From Bacilli bacterium (lineage in GTDB: Bacteria; Bacillota_I; Bacilli_A; RFN20; CAG-826), in the NCBI GenBank assembly GCA_041652475.1, contig JBAZHG010000002.1:22591-86590 (forward strand): a DNA stretch of 64,000 nt. The letters are read 5' to 3'. Positions 10,476 to 19,787 of this stretch are shown piece by piece. Position 1 is the first letter of the stretch. Each line of letters begins with the position of its first letter. Below the pieces are notes generated by a model. It was given only the letters and a program-made list of their open reading frames with translations. It did not search any database and was not told the DNA's origin. The position numbers and the translations under genes are program-made.

Positions 10476-12152
10476 ATGAAAAAGACCCTGTTACTGTCAC
10501 TAATAATGTTACCTTTCCTCTTTTTAGCACCTCGGCCAATCGAAGCCGAAGCCGCCCATACCCCGTATCAAATTCCAAACGGGGGTTTTGAAAACGGCGA
10601 CTTGACCGGGTGGCAGGCCTTTACTTTATGGAAAGGCGAATCGGGAATAGCCGCCTTCGATGAATCACTGGTGCACGGATACACCTATTTTGATGGGAAT
10701 TATACGTACAATCGTGACGACAACTATCAATTAGGCATTACTAGTCTGGCCGACAAAAATTCCGGCACCATCAAATGGAACCAAGCCGAGGAACGCATGG
10801 GCTATCTTCGTTCTTCCGATTTCATTCTTGGTGGAAGTGGCTGGGTAAGTTTTAAGCTCGGTGGGGGAAAAGCTCCCTCATTCGCTTATGTCTCGGTTAA
10901 AAAATCCTCCGACGACATTGAAGTGGCTCGATTCGGAAATCGGTGGTTCGATAATCGAACCGAAGCCAACCGCCAATTTGGCGGTAGTGGCAGCGACATC
11001 ACGAAAGCCGAGGCATTCTTGTTTCAGTATTATTTCGATTTATCTTCCGTGACAAGTCTAGGCACTTCCCTTTACTTCGTGCTGTCAGACACGAGCGCAT
11101 ATAACTGGAGCATTCTTTCGGCCGATAGTTTCATCACCTATTACGAAGATGAGCCAACCTATCATGCAAATGAGCTTGCAGTGAACATCTTACCGACGAT
11201 TCTTCTTGCCGGAGAGGCCACCGCCTCGATACCGAATGGGAATTTTGACACCGATTTGTCCAGTTGGTCAAACGTCGACGGCATCTTTAGATTGGATGCC
11301 AACACCGCGATTAGCAACCAAGGCGGCGACTCAATGCTTGGCGTGTTGCGCTCAAGCGCTTTTAAAGTGACTTCCGACTTAGATCATATTAGTTTCAAAT
11401 GGGCTGGAAGACTCGGCTTTGATAAGCAAGTGTTCGTCTCGATAAAAGAGGTCGGAACCAACATTGAGGTTTTGCGCTATGTCAAGAGATTAAATATTGC
11501 GAGCAGTTTTGCCGAAGGCACCCTGCAAAATCATATGTTAACCCTTACTTCGCTCAGTTATGAAAAAGAATACTATCTTGAATTTGCCGATAACGTCACG
11601 TCAAGTGAAAGTTTTTGGGCTGTCAGCAAGCTAGACGACGTTCAATTGATTACTGACACTCAGTATGACACTGAATATGGCGGAACCGGTTCTGGCGACA
11701 ACGCCGAACTAATTACCGGCTTACCTCTGTCGTTTGCCGTTAACTACAACCAAGACGCCGCTGCTTTCGCTTCATATTTCCTCGAGCAGACCGCACCTTA
11801 TTGCGAAACGCTCGAAGGGGATGATGTCGACTGGTCGGCATTGGCGAGTGAATATGCCACCCTATCGGGTGACGCCAAGGATTACTTCGTGGTCGACGGC
11901 ACCGATTCAGAAATCGTCGCCGCTCGGGAACGATATCTCTTTATGGTTGAAAAATACCCAACTTTGGCCGCAAACCTCTTCGTTGTGGATTCCGCCGGTG
12001 AACCATACAGCGACAGCTATGACCCGATTCTTCCGCCTGTTAATGGCGGCAGTAATTCCAACTTGGCCTTGATTTTAATGATTACCATCTCGGTTGGAAT
12101 GTTAGCCGGTACGGCCTTCATCTACCTACGGAAAAAGAACCGCGCTTACTAG
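10476..12152 (+). CDS. Secreted protein with two LamG/CBM-like modules, a Cys/Trp helical module and a C-terminal membrane anchor
   Basis: ATG 10476 lies 8 nt after AGGAG (10463-10467). Signal peptide 'LFLAPRPIEA'. Modules start 'IPNGGFENGDLTGWQ' and 'IPNGNFDTDLSSWS'. The C-terminal hydrophobic helix 'LALILMITISVGMLAGTAFIYL' is followed by 'RKKNRAY'. Confidence 0.75.
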   Translation: MKKTLLLSLIMLPFLFLAPRPIEAEAAHTPYQIPNGGFENGDLTGWQAFTLWKGESGIAAFDESLVHGYTYFDGNYTYNRDDNYQLGITSLADKNSGTIKWNQAEERMGYLRSSDFILGGSGWVSFKLGGGKAPSFAYVSVKKSSDDIEVARFGNRWFDNRTEANRQFGGSGSDITKAEAFLFQYYFDLSSVTSLGTSLYFVLSDTSAYNWSILSADSFITYYEDEPTYHANELAVNILPTILLAGEATASIPNGNFDTDLSSWSNVDGIFRLDANTAISNQGGDSMLGVLRSSAFKVTSDLDHISFKWAGRLGFDKQVFVSIKEVGTNIEVLRYVKRLNIASSFAEGTLQNHMLTLTSLSYEKEYYLEFADNVTSSESFWAVSKLDDVQLITDTQYDTEYGGTGSGDNAELITGLPLSFAVNYNQDAAAFASYFLEQTAPYCETLEGDDVDWSALASEYATLSGDAKDYFVVDGTDSEIVAARERYLFMVEKYPTLAANLFVVDSAGEPYSDSYDPILPPVNGGSNSNLALILMITISVGMLAGTAFIYLRKKNRAY

Positions 12153-12166
12153 ATCATCAAACCATC

Positions 12167-15019
12167 TTGAAACGTCCTCTCATTTTAATAATCGCCGTAT
12201 TGACCGCCACCGGTCTTCTCAATGCGAAACCGGCGCCTTATTTAGCAATGGCCGCCGCCGGATTTTCGCCGATTGCCATCTCAAGGATGGACAACCTTTC
12301 GACGAATCCGGCCGGTTATTCGTTCATCGACTGGAAAGACAAGACCGAAACCTACATCGATTTCTTATTCAACCGCGCGAACACGGTGACGACCATCGTC
12401 AACAGCACGCCCAGGGTTCAGCCAGTCAGTTGGTTGGCTACGGCTCCCAACGTCGATGCTTACTTTGGCGAATCAGGCAATCGAATCGTGGCTTTCCCAA
12501 GTTATTTTGGGATGAAGAACGATCCGAACATTGATACATCGCGAGGTGAAGGCATCGCCGTCCTGGCCGCGGTTTTGTCGGCCAGCCTCGTCGGTTACGA
12601 CATGACCGCTTACGCCCCCGAAGGTTCCATCCAGGCTCCGCTCGATTACGTCAGGCAAATGGTCAATTACTACGCCATCCATAATGGCGAAAAAGTCGTC
12701 TTGAACAACAGCTCAAGCAACACCGGGGGCAGCTGGTGGTATGAATTACTCCCCAGTTCCCTATTCACGGCGTTGGCCAGCATGTACCTCGAACGTCAAG
12801 ATTATGATGGGGCCTATCTTGAAGACATCCTGTTAAATATGGCCCGGCAATGGTACGCCGTCGTCGTGGCGGCCGGGGGAGCCAACGCCAATTTCAGCGA
12901 CCGCAAGTCATACAGCATCCGGAACGGTACCTTCACCTCCGGTGGCTGGAGCGAACCCGACGCGGCGGCCGGGATGGCCTTCGTGCTCTATATGGCCTAT
13001 AGCCACTTTAAAGCCGTACCCGCATATGAAAATGATGTCGTCAATTTTTTAAATGGCGCTAAATGGTGCATGAATTTCCTATCAAATCTCAGCTATAATC
13101 CGTTTTATGAGGTTTTGATTTACTTTGCGCCACTAGTGGCTGCCCGCATGAATCTCGAGCAAGGCACCAATTACAACGTCACCAAAATGATCAATTGGAC
13201 CTTGGACGGCTCCAGTGCCGTCCGGGGCGGTTGGGGTATGGTCAACGCCAATTGGGGCGGCTACAACACCCAAGGATTGATGGGCAGCCTGACCGACGGG
13301 GACGGCTACTCGTTCATGATGAACACGTTCGATGCCGCGCTCGGTTTCTTCCCTTTGGTCAAGTACCACCCCGGGTACGCCCGCAGCATCGGAAAATGGA
13401 TCCTTAACGTTTCCGACAGCGCCAAATACTATTATCCCGATTATTTGCCGGAGAATAACCAAACATGTTATGACTGGGCCGAGTTGAACGGAACCGGTTC
13501 TTTCATCGCTTATGAAGGACTTCGGAAAATCAATAAAAACAACGCCGCCAATTCACCGGCCGGATGGGGCGACCCGCTTGATTACGATTGGGGTCCCTTG
13601 ACCGATTTCGGCTACGGCAACAACCACGTCGGCTTTTTCGCTTCGATCGAAGCCACTAACGTCAACCGGGTCTTGCGGACCGATCTTAATGCCCATGATT
13701 TCTTTCAAGACCACGATTATGAAACCTACCTCTACTACAATCCCTATGACACTTACCAAAACATCGAAATCACGCTTGACGACGCCTACCTTTTCAACGT
13801 GACGTCGGGGCAGCGGCAAAGCCTCGATGCGATTGGATTCGGAAAATACTCATTCGCGCTTCCAAGCGGAGAAGCCGCGGTCATGGCCGTGATTCCAAAC
13901 GAAGCGACCATCACATTCGAAGGCGGGTGCATGTTCGCCGATGGGCGATTCGCGGCCCGGGTGCAACCAGGGTTGGTCACCTCGCGTCCATTGCCTCTGT
14001 CGGATGACAATCGCCTTGAAATCGCCACCAGTTATCCCGAATTCGTCAAACCCGACCAAATCGACATCTATTCCGGGACGGACCTGATCGGCCAAGCCGA
14101 GGTTGATGGAAATGCGGCCTCCGTTTCCATAACGATCAACCGAAGCGGAAATGGCTACCTACCAATCACCATCGTCCCGCTGCGAAACGATGTTCCAATC
14201 GAAACGAGAAACACGCGCGTCATCGTGATCGACGATGCGACGGTTCCGGTTTTAGACCCTCCGGGTGACTCCGATTTGGCCACCATGTTCCAATCGGCTT
14301 ACAGTGCTTGGAACGGAGGCACGAATCCCGATAAAGGCAGCTCCGACAATTACCGGGCCGCGGCCACGCTACTAGAATCCGGGGTCCGCTTGCGATTGAC
14401 GAGCGATACTTGGGGCGTAGCCGGAACAAGCCCGGTCAGCCTCGATTTTGATAAACTCGCCTTGCTTCAATTCCGCGTTATGGCCGTCTCGCATCGTTGG
14501 GCGGTCAAAATATTTGTCGCCGGAGGCGACCGTTGGGGCTATTACCTCAGCGGCGAAACCTCGGATACCGGTGTCGTCACCATCGACGTCGAAGAAAGCG
14601 CCCAAGCCCGCAATTCATCTTTTGCTTTTTCGGGCGTCAAGACTTGTTACGTTTGGTTTATTCCGGTTGGAGGCGCCAATGCCGAAATGACCATTTCCGA
14701 TTTGAATGTTTATTCAATGGCCAACGATCTGGAATATGAATTTCCTAACCCACAGGATTCTTCCAGTTCTTCATTAGATGAATCCTCAAGCGAATCATCC
14801 ACGAGCGAATCCTCTTCAAGCGAAAACGAATCGAGTTTCACTCCGTCAACATCATCGACCGGGAATTCTCTTCCCGCTTCGAATAGCGATCCGGATTCAA
14901 GCCCCGATTCGAATTCGACCATCAAAAAAGACGTATGGACCCGCAATCTTCCGGTCGTGTTGGTCAACTTGGCTTCGTTCGGAGCCTTCTTTATCCTCAA
15001 GAAAAAGAAGATGCTTTGA
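12167..15019 (+). CDS. Large (950 aa) secreted, C-terminally membrane-anchored protein of unknown function; candidate glycan-active enzyme
   Basis: TTG start gives 'MKRPLILIIAVLTATGLLNA', a signal-like N-terminus. The core is Trp/Tyr/Gly-rich. The distal part has a poly-Ser/Asp linker (~14755-14930) and the anchor 'LPVVLVNLASFGAFFILKKKKML'. I recognise no family motif. Confidence 0.6.
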   Translation: MKRPLILIIAVLTATGLLNAKPAPYLAMAAAGFSPIAISRMDNLSTNPAGYSFIDWKDKTETYIDFLFNRANTVTTIVNSTPRVQPVSWLATAPNVDAYFGESGNRIVAFPSYFGMKNDPNIDTSRGEGIAVLAAVLSASLVGYDMTAYAPEGSIQAPLDYVRQMVNYYAIHNGEKVVLNNSSSNTGGSWWYELLPSSLFTALASMYLERQDYDGAYLEDILLNMARQWYAVVVAAGGANANFSDRKSYSIRNGTFTSGGWSEPDAAAGMAFVLYMAYSHFKAVPAYENDVVNFLNGAKWCMNFLSNLSYNPFYEVLIYFAPLVAARMNLEQGTNYNVTKMINWTLDGSSAVRGGWGMVNANWGGYNTQGLMGSLTDGDGYSFMMNTFDAALGFFPLVKYHPGYARSIGKWILNVSDSAKYYYPDYLPENNQTCYDWAELNGTGSFIAYEGLRKINKNNAANSPAGWGDPLDYDWGPLTDFGYGNNHVGFFASIEATNVNRVLRTDLNAHDFFQDHDYETYLYYNPYDTYQNIEITLDDAYLFNVTSGQRQSLDAIGFGKYSFALPSGEAAVMAVIPNEATITFEGGCMFADGRFAARVQPGLVTSRPLPLSDDNRLEIATSYPEFVKPDQIDIYSGTDLIGQAEVDGNAASVSITINRSGNGYLPITIVPLRNDVPIETRNTRVIVIDDATVPVLDPPGDSDLATMFQSAYSAWNGGTNPDKGSSDNYRAAATLLESGVRLRLTSDTWGVAGTSPVSLDFDKLALLQFRVMAVSHRWAVKIFVAGGDRWGYYLSGETSDTGVVTIDVEESAQARNSSFAFSGVKTCYVWFIPVGGANAEMTISDLNVYSMANDLEYEFPNPQDSSSSSLDESSSESSTSESSSSENESSFTPSTSSTGNSLPASNSDPDSSPDSNSTIKKDVWTRNLPVVLVNLASFGAFFILKKKKML

Positions 15020-15055
15020 TTTACTCGGCATCTTCTCGTATATAACAATTAACCA

Positions 15056-16225
15056 TCAAATGATATGCAGCGCTTGGGCAGTGTCTTTCAAGATGGCGAC
15101 CGCATCGTCGAGCATGGTTTTGGTATGTAAAGCGTTGACCATGCAACGGATTCTCCCGGTACCCTTGGGTACGGTCGGAAAGACAATCCCCGACACGAAG
15201 ACGCCTCGTTTCAACAGTTCGCGCGAAAACTGAAGCGTCTTGGCTTCGTCGCCGACGATGATCGGGGTAATCGGCGTTTGGCTCCGACCGATGTCAAACC
15301 CGGCTTCGAGGAGTTTCTTTTTAAAGTGGCGGGCGTTGTCCCACAACTTAACGGTGTATTCATTCGATTCTTCGAGCATCTTGAAGGCTTCGATGATGGC
15401 CGCGGCCGCGCCCGGCATCAGCGAGGTTGAAAATAATAATGGCCTCCCTAAATGAAGCAAATATTCACGCGCTTCTTTGGAGCAGCAGACATATCCGCCG
15501 ACGACACCGATAGCTTTCGAGAGAGTCCCGATGATGTAATCGACCTGCCCGTGCAGTCCAAAGTGATCGACGGTGCCCCGGCCAGCCGTGCCCAGAACGC
15601 CGGAACCATGGGCGTCGTCGACATAGGTCTGAGCCTGGTATTTTTTGGCTAAACGGACGATTTCGGGGAGGTTGGCGATGTCGCCGTCCATCGAAAAGAC
15701 TCCGTCGGTAATGATCAAGACTTCTTCGTATTGGTCTCTTTTTTCGATTAATATCCGTTCGAGATCAGCCATGTCGGCGTGTTTAAAAACGGCGCGGCTA
15801 GCCTTCGACAAACGGACTCCGTCGATGATCGAAGCGTGGTTCAATTCATCGGATATGATCAAATCCTTTTCGCCGGTCACCGCTTGGATGACCCCGGAAT
15901 TGCAGGCAAAACCCGATTGGAATACGACGGATGCCTCTTCATGTTTGAATTTGGCAATCGTTTCGTCGAGCCGTTCGTGGATGTCCATGTTGCCGACGAT
16001 GGTCCGGACCGCCCCGGCGCCGACCCCGTATTTTTGGATCGCTTCGATGGCGGCTTTCTTCAAGCGTGGGTGATTGGCAAAACCAAGATAATTGTTCGAT
16101 GAGAGATTGATGACCGGGCGTCCGTTGAGGATGATCATCGCGTCGCAGGGCCCGGAGTTGACCGGCAAGACCCGATAGGTGCCGGCGTCTTTCAAGGCTT
16201 GAAGTTTTTCTTTGACGGTGGCCAT
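15056..16225 (-). CDS. kbl: Glycine C-acetyltransferase (2-amino-3-ketobutyrate CoA ligase)
   Basis: 389 aa. '[40 protein letters not shown]' and '[12 protein letters not shown]' (PLP Lys) are typical of Kbl/AONS-family enzymes. AAGGAG lies 5 nt upstream. The gene is immediately downstream of tdh. Confidence 0.9.
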   Translation of the reverse strand: MATVKEKLQALKDAGTYRVLPVNSGPCDAMIILNGRPVINLSSNNYLGFANHPRLKKAAIEAIQKYGVGAGAVRTIVGNMDIHERLDETIAKFKHEEASVVFQSGFACNSGVIQAVTGEKDLIISDELNHASIIDGVRLSKASRAVFKHADMADLERILIEKRDQYEEVLIITDGVFSMDGDIANLPEIVRLAKKYQAQTYVDDAHGSGVLGTAGRGTVDHFGLHGQVDYIIGTLSKAIGVVGGYVCCSKEAREYLLHLGRPLLFSTSLMPGAAAAIIEAFKMLEESNEYTVKLWDNARHFKKKLLEAGFDIGRSQTPITPIIVGDEAKTLQFSRELLKRGVFVSGIVFPTVPKGTGRIRCMVNALHTKTMLDDAVAILKDTAQALHII

Positions 16226-16235
16226 ATGTTTCTCC

Positions 16236-17273
16236 TTAAGGTATGAGGACCACTTTCCCGCTGTTGCCGGAAATCATCGTCGCCATGGCCTCTTCCATTT
16301 GGTCGAGGCGATAGACGTGGGTCACGATTTGGTCCAAGTGCAACTTGCCGGAAGCGATCAACGTTTGGATCTGGTCCCAGGTTTTGAACATGAGGCGGCC
16401 GACCACCCCGTAAATGCTGATTCCTTTGAAGACGATGTCGTTTGAAAAATCGATCTGGAGATTCCCGTCCCCGATGCCGAGCATTGACATCTTGCCGCCG
16501 CGCTTCAGGTATTTGAAGGCGGCCTCGATTGCCGTCTTGGAGCCGGAAAACTCGGCCACGACGTCGACTCCTTCATGGTCGGTTTCTTCTAATACGCGTT
16601 TGATCACGTCTTCGTTTTTGGGATTGATGACGGCGTCGGCTCCTAATTTCATGGCGGCGTCGATCCGATATTGGTTGACTTCGACGGCGATGACTTTTTT
16701 GGCGCCCAGCGCCTTGGCGATGTCGAGACCCATGAGCCCGATTGGTCCGCAGCCGAGGATGGCTACCGTTTTACCGGCGATCGGGAACTGCATCATCGTG
16801 TGGACGGCATTCCCAAGCGGCTCTTGAATCGAAAGATATTTGGGATCGGTCTTCGTATTGTTGACGATGAGGTTACAGGCCGGCAGTTTCACGTATTCGG
16901 CGAAGCAACCGTCGGTATCCACCCCGATGATCTTGGTGTTTTCGCAAAGATGGTACTCGCCCCGGGCGCAAAACTCGCAGTGGTGACACACGATGTGGGT
17001 TTCGGCCGAAACGACGTCACCGACTTTGACTTGGGTGACTTTGGATCCGACTTTGATGACGCGGCCGGATAGTTCGTGCCCGACGGTGACCGGGGGCTTG
17101 ATGCGGTTTTGGCTCCATTGGTCCCATTTGTAAATGTGGACGTCGGTGCCGCAGATCGAGGTCGCCAAGACTTTGATCAAAGCCTCGTCGTCGCCGATGG
17201 CTTCAGGCACCGGTTTAATCACTCGCTTAAAGCCGGGAGCTCGCGCTTCCTTTATATAGGCAACCATTTCCAT
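16236..17273 (-). CDS. tdh: L-threonine 3-dehydrogenase (Zn-dependent MDR family)
   Basis: '[33 protein letters not shown]' and '[15 protein letters not shown]' are Zn-ADH motifs. The gene pairs with kbl. The ORF is open to ATG 17291, but ATG 17273 is the one preceded by GGAGG, so the start is uncertain by 18 nt. Confidence 0.88.
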   Translation of the reverse strand: MEMVAYIKEARAPGFKRVIKPVPEAIGDDEALIKVLATSICGTDVHIYKWDQWSQNRIKPPVTVGHELSGRVIKVGSKVTQVKVGDVVSAETHIVCHHCEFCARGEYHLCENTKIIGVDTDGCFAEYVKLPACNLIVNNTKTDPKYLSIQEPLGNAVHTMMQFPIAGKTVAILGCGPIGLMGLDIAKALGAKKVIAVEVNQYRIDAAMKLGADAVINPKNEDVIKRVLEETDHEGVDVVAEFSGSKTAIEAAFKYLKRGGKMSMLGIGDGNLQIDFSNDIVFKGISIYGVVGRLMFKTWDQIQTLIASGKLHLDQIVTHVYRLDQMEEAMATMISGNSGKVVLIP

Positions 17274-17315
17274 ATTTTCGCTCGCCTCCATGTGATGGGT
17301 ACGAATTCCATAGAA

Positions 17316-17344
17316 ATTATACCCCGATTGGGAGCGACTTTCAA
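17316..17344 (-). promoter_or_regulatory. Sigma-A-type promoter of tdh-kbl
   Basis: On the minus strand: TTGAAA (17344-17339), a 17-nt spacer, then TATAAT (17321-17316), about 25 nt upstream of the tdh ORF. Confidence 0.55.
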
Positions 17345-17477
17345 AAACTTACGGATGGAAACGCCTTCGCCGAGCCAGCCTAACCGCATAAGGGCGATTA
17401 TATTCGGCCTGACACGATTCGTATCTTGATTATCAACATGGAATATTCATACAATTACTTCGACCGAGGACGTGAAA

Positions 17478-18719
17478 ATGGATTTCAATCAAAAACTCAA
17501 AACGTTGCGCGAAGGGTTGGGTTTGACCCAAGAGGAGTTGGCCCTGCGGCTGAACGTGTCGCGGAGCGCTATCGCCAAATGGGAACAAGGCCAAGGTTGG
17601 CCTTCCCTTGATTTACTTAAATCGCTGGCCCTTTTCTTTCATACCTCGATCGACGAATTGCTCGGCGAGCAAGGCGTCAAAATGTTCGATCGGCGCCAAA
17701 AGAAACGTTTTGGGATACTGACGGCCGTCGCCATCGTGGCCTTGGCCTTGACGATGGCCTCGACCACCTGGCTGATCATCGAATTGAAACGGGCCCAAAC
17801 CCCGGTTTTAACAAGCGAAATCATTTGCCTCGACGCCGTCAGCCTGATCGATGACCGCTATACGGTTTCTTATACCCAGGACGAGGAGGAGAAAACCCTG
17901 TCTTTCGATTGGAGTCTTGTCACCTTCCGCAACCTGGATGATTGGTCTTTCGCCTTGAATCCCCATGATTACCTAGCCATCGACCGTTATGGCGAGGAAG
18001 TGCGCCAAGCCGTGATCTTGGACAATGCCCAATCCTCCGCCATCAAGGGTTACGATTTGATATTCGAAACCACCGACGACGAATACCGGTATTTCTACCA
18101 TGAATACATGGATGGTTCCGCGGATTACCCATACCTGGTCCTTGACTCGGATATTCCCCATCTCGAAGGGGCGAACACGAACATTTCCAACCGCTCGATT
18201 GCCGGGCAGGAGTATTTTGTCTACGCGGCCTCACATACTATCTACGCCGATAACGACCTGCCCGAAGACATGCTCATGGGCTTTGCCTTGAAGCCGATAT
18301 CGATGGCGGGGGTCGACGGTGATCCGATCGTGACGAATTACCACGGGGGCTTGAATAGGATCCGAAGCCTGCGCGCCAAATTTCAAGGCTATCTAAATCA
18401 TTACGCCTATGAAGGCTCCTCGTATTCGATCCGCGATTTGGTTTCATTTGACGTCACGATCGAATTCGTGGCTTCGATCGACGTCTTGACGGTCCGCCAG
18501 TACGATGAATCGGACGCGCTGGTGGCCGAAGACGATATCCTTGACATTTCCGACATCGAAACCTTCTCGATTGAGGAAGAGGCCGCTTACTTGAAATACT
18601 ACATCGACGGTTCCGCCCGGGGACGTACCCTGGAAACCGGCGAAAATGAAACTTTCTTCATTGAAAACGGCACCCCGTTGGTGACCGTTTTCAACTTATG
18701 CCTCGATACCGATTATTAA
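17478..18719 (+). CDS. Membrane-anchored XRE-family HTH regulator with large extracytoplasmic domain
   Basis: ATG 17478 lies 7 nt after GAGGA. HTH_3 motif 'LREGLGLTQEELALRLNVSRSAIAKWEQGQGWPSLDLLKSLALFFHTSIDELLG'. A single TM helix 'FGILTAVAIVALALTMASTTWLII' is followed by a ~300-aa acidic domain of unknown family. An upstream TTGATT-18-TACAAT is promoter-like. Confidence 0.75.
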   Translation: MDFNQKLKTLREGLGLTQEELALRLNVSRSAIAKWEQGQGWPSLDLLKSLALFFHTSIDELLGEQGVKMFDRRQKKRFGILTAVAIVALALTMASTTWLIIELKRAQTPVLTSEIICLDAVSLIDDRYTVSYTQDEEEKTLSFDWSLVTFRNLDDWSFALNPHDYLAIDRYGEEVRQAVILDNAQSSAIKGYDLIFETTDDEYRYFYHEYMDGSADYPYLVLDSDIPHLEGANTNISNRSIAGQEYFVYAASHTIYADNDLPEDMLMGFALKPISMAGVDGDPIVTNYHGGLNRIRSLRAKFQGYLNHYAYEGSSYSIRDLVSFDVTIEFVASIDVLTVRQYDESDALVAEDDILDISDIETFSIEEEAAYLKYYIDGSARGRTLETGENETFFIENGTPLVTVFNLCLDTDY

Positions 18720-18746
18720 TCGAATTTTAAAAAATCAATTAGCAGA

Positions 18747-19643
18747 TCAGACAATCTTCTTGGCCAGGCGTATTTTCTTTTCTTCCTTGGATTCTTCTTG
18801 CGGCGGGTAATTGAAGATTTCGTAGTACCGCTTCAAATATTCGCCCCGACGTTGAGTCAAGGCCATGAACAGGATGTCGATGATGTTTTGTTGGACGACG
18901 CGCGAGCGAGTCGAGAAGCTGCGCATGCCCTTGCCCAAAGACGAGTGGCGAATCGTCAAATTGCAGACCTTGCTAAGGGCATTCTCACCGAATTTGGTGA
19001 TGCCGATCGTGTTGATGTTGCGCGAATTGGCGATTTCGGCGATGTTGATGATGTCTTTGGTCTCGCCCGAGTAGGAAATGAAGATGGCGACGTCGTTTGG
19101 CTTCAAAATCGTCGCCGATAAGATTTGCGAGTGGACCGTGTCGTAGACTTGGCAATCGATCCCGAGCCGTTCGAATTTGAAGGCGGCGTCCTCGGCGATG
19201 ACGATCGAACCGCTCAAAGCGTAGATGCAGACCCGATTGGCCTTGTCGATCGCAGCCACGGCTTTTTCGACGCAGCGTTCGTCGATGATCTTTAGGGTGC
19301 TCGACAATGCCTCGATGTTCAAACGGCTGACGATGCTGATCAATTCCTTGACCGTGTAGTCGGCCAGGTTTTTCTTATCGATGTCATAGAGGCTTTCCTC
19401 GTCGCCGTTATTGCTGACGACGTCGTGATAGAAGCTCTTGATGAAATCGCGGTAGCCCTTGTAACCGAGCACGGTGCAGAAACGGACGATGGTCGCCGTC
19501 GAACTCTTGCTTTTCTTGGCTAATTCGCTGATGGTCATTTGGCTGACCGCCTCTTGGTGGTTCAAGATGTATTCGGCCACCTTCTTCTCCTGGTTGGAGA
19601 ACGAGCTGAGCGATTCGTTGATGCGGATGATGCAGTTGTCCAT
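18747..19643 (-). CDS. MurR/RpiR-family transcriptional regulator (HTH_6 + SIS phosphosugar-binding domain)
   Basis: 'FSNQEKKVAEYILNHQEAVSQMTISELAKKSKSSTATIVRFCTVLGYKGYRDF' is the RpiR HTH. The SIS-like region is 'RVCIYALSGSIVIAEDAAFKFERLG'. Confidence 0.85.
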   Translation of the reverse strand: MDNCIIRINESLSSFSNQEKKVAEYILNHQEAVSQMTISELAKKSKSSTATIVRFCTVLGYKGYRDFIKSFYHDVVSNNGDEESLYDIDKKNLADYTVKELISIVSRLNIEALSSTLKIIDERCVEKAVAAIDKANRVCIYALSGSIVIAEDAAFKFERLGIDCQVYDTVHSQILSATILKPNDVAIFISYSGETKDIINIAEIANSRNINTIGITKFGENALSKVCNLTIRHSSLGKGMRSFSTRSRVVQQNIIDILFMALTQRRGEYLKRYYEIFNYPPQEESKEEKKIRLAKKIV

Positions 19644-19787
19644 GGGCGTACCTTCTTTAGATTGATTTCGTCTTGGAAATTATTTTCATTTATATTATAG
19701 GTTCATTTTCACGCCGGGGAAGATTCTATCGGCATATTTACGAAATATATCGTCAAATTGATGTTGTTTTGCGAATAGTCAACGATC

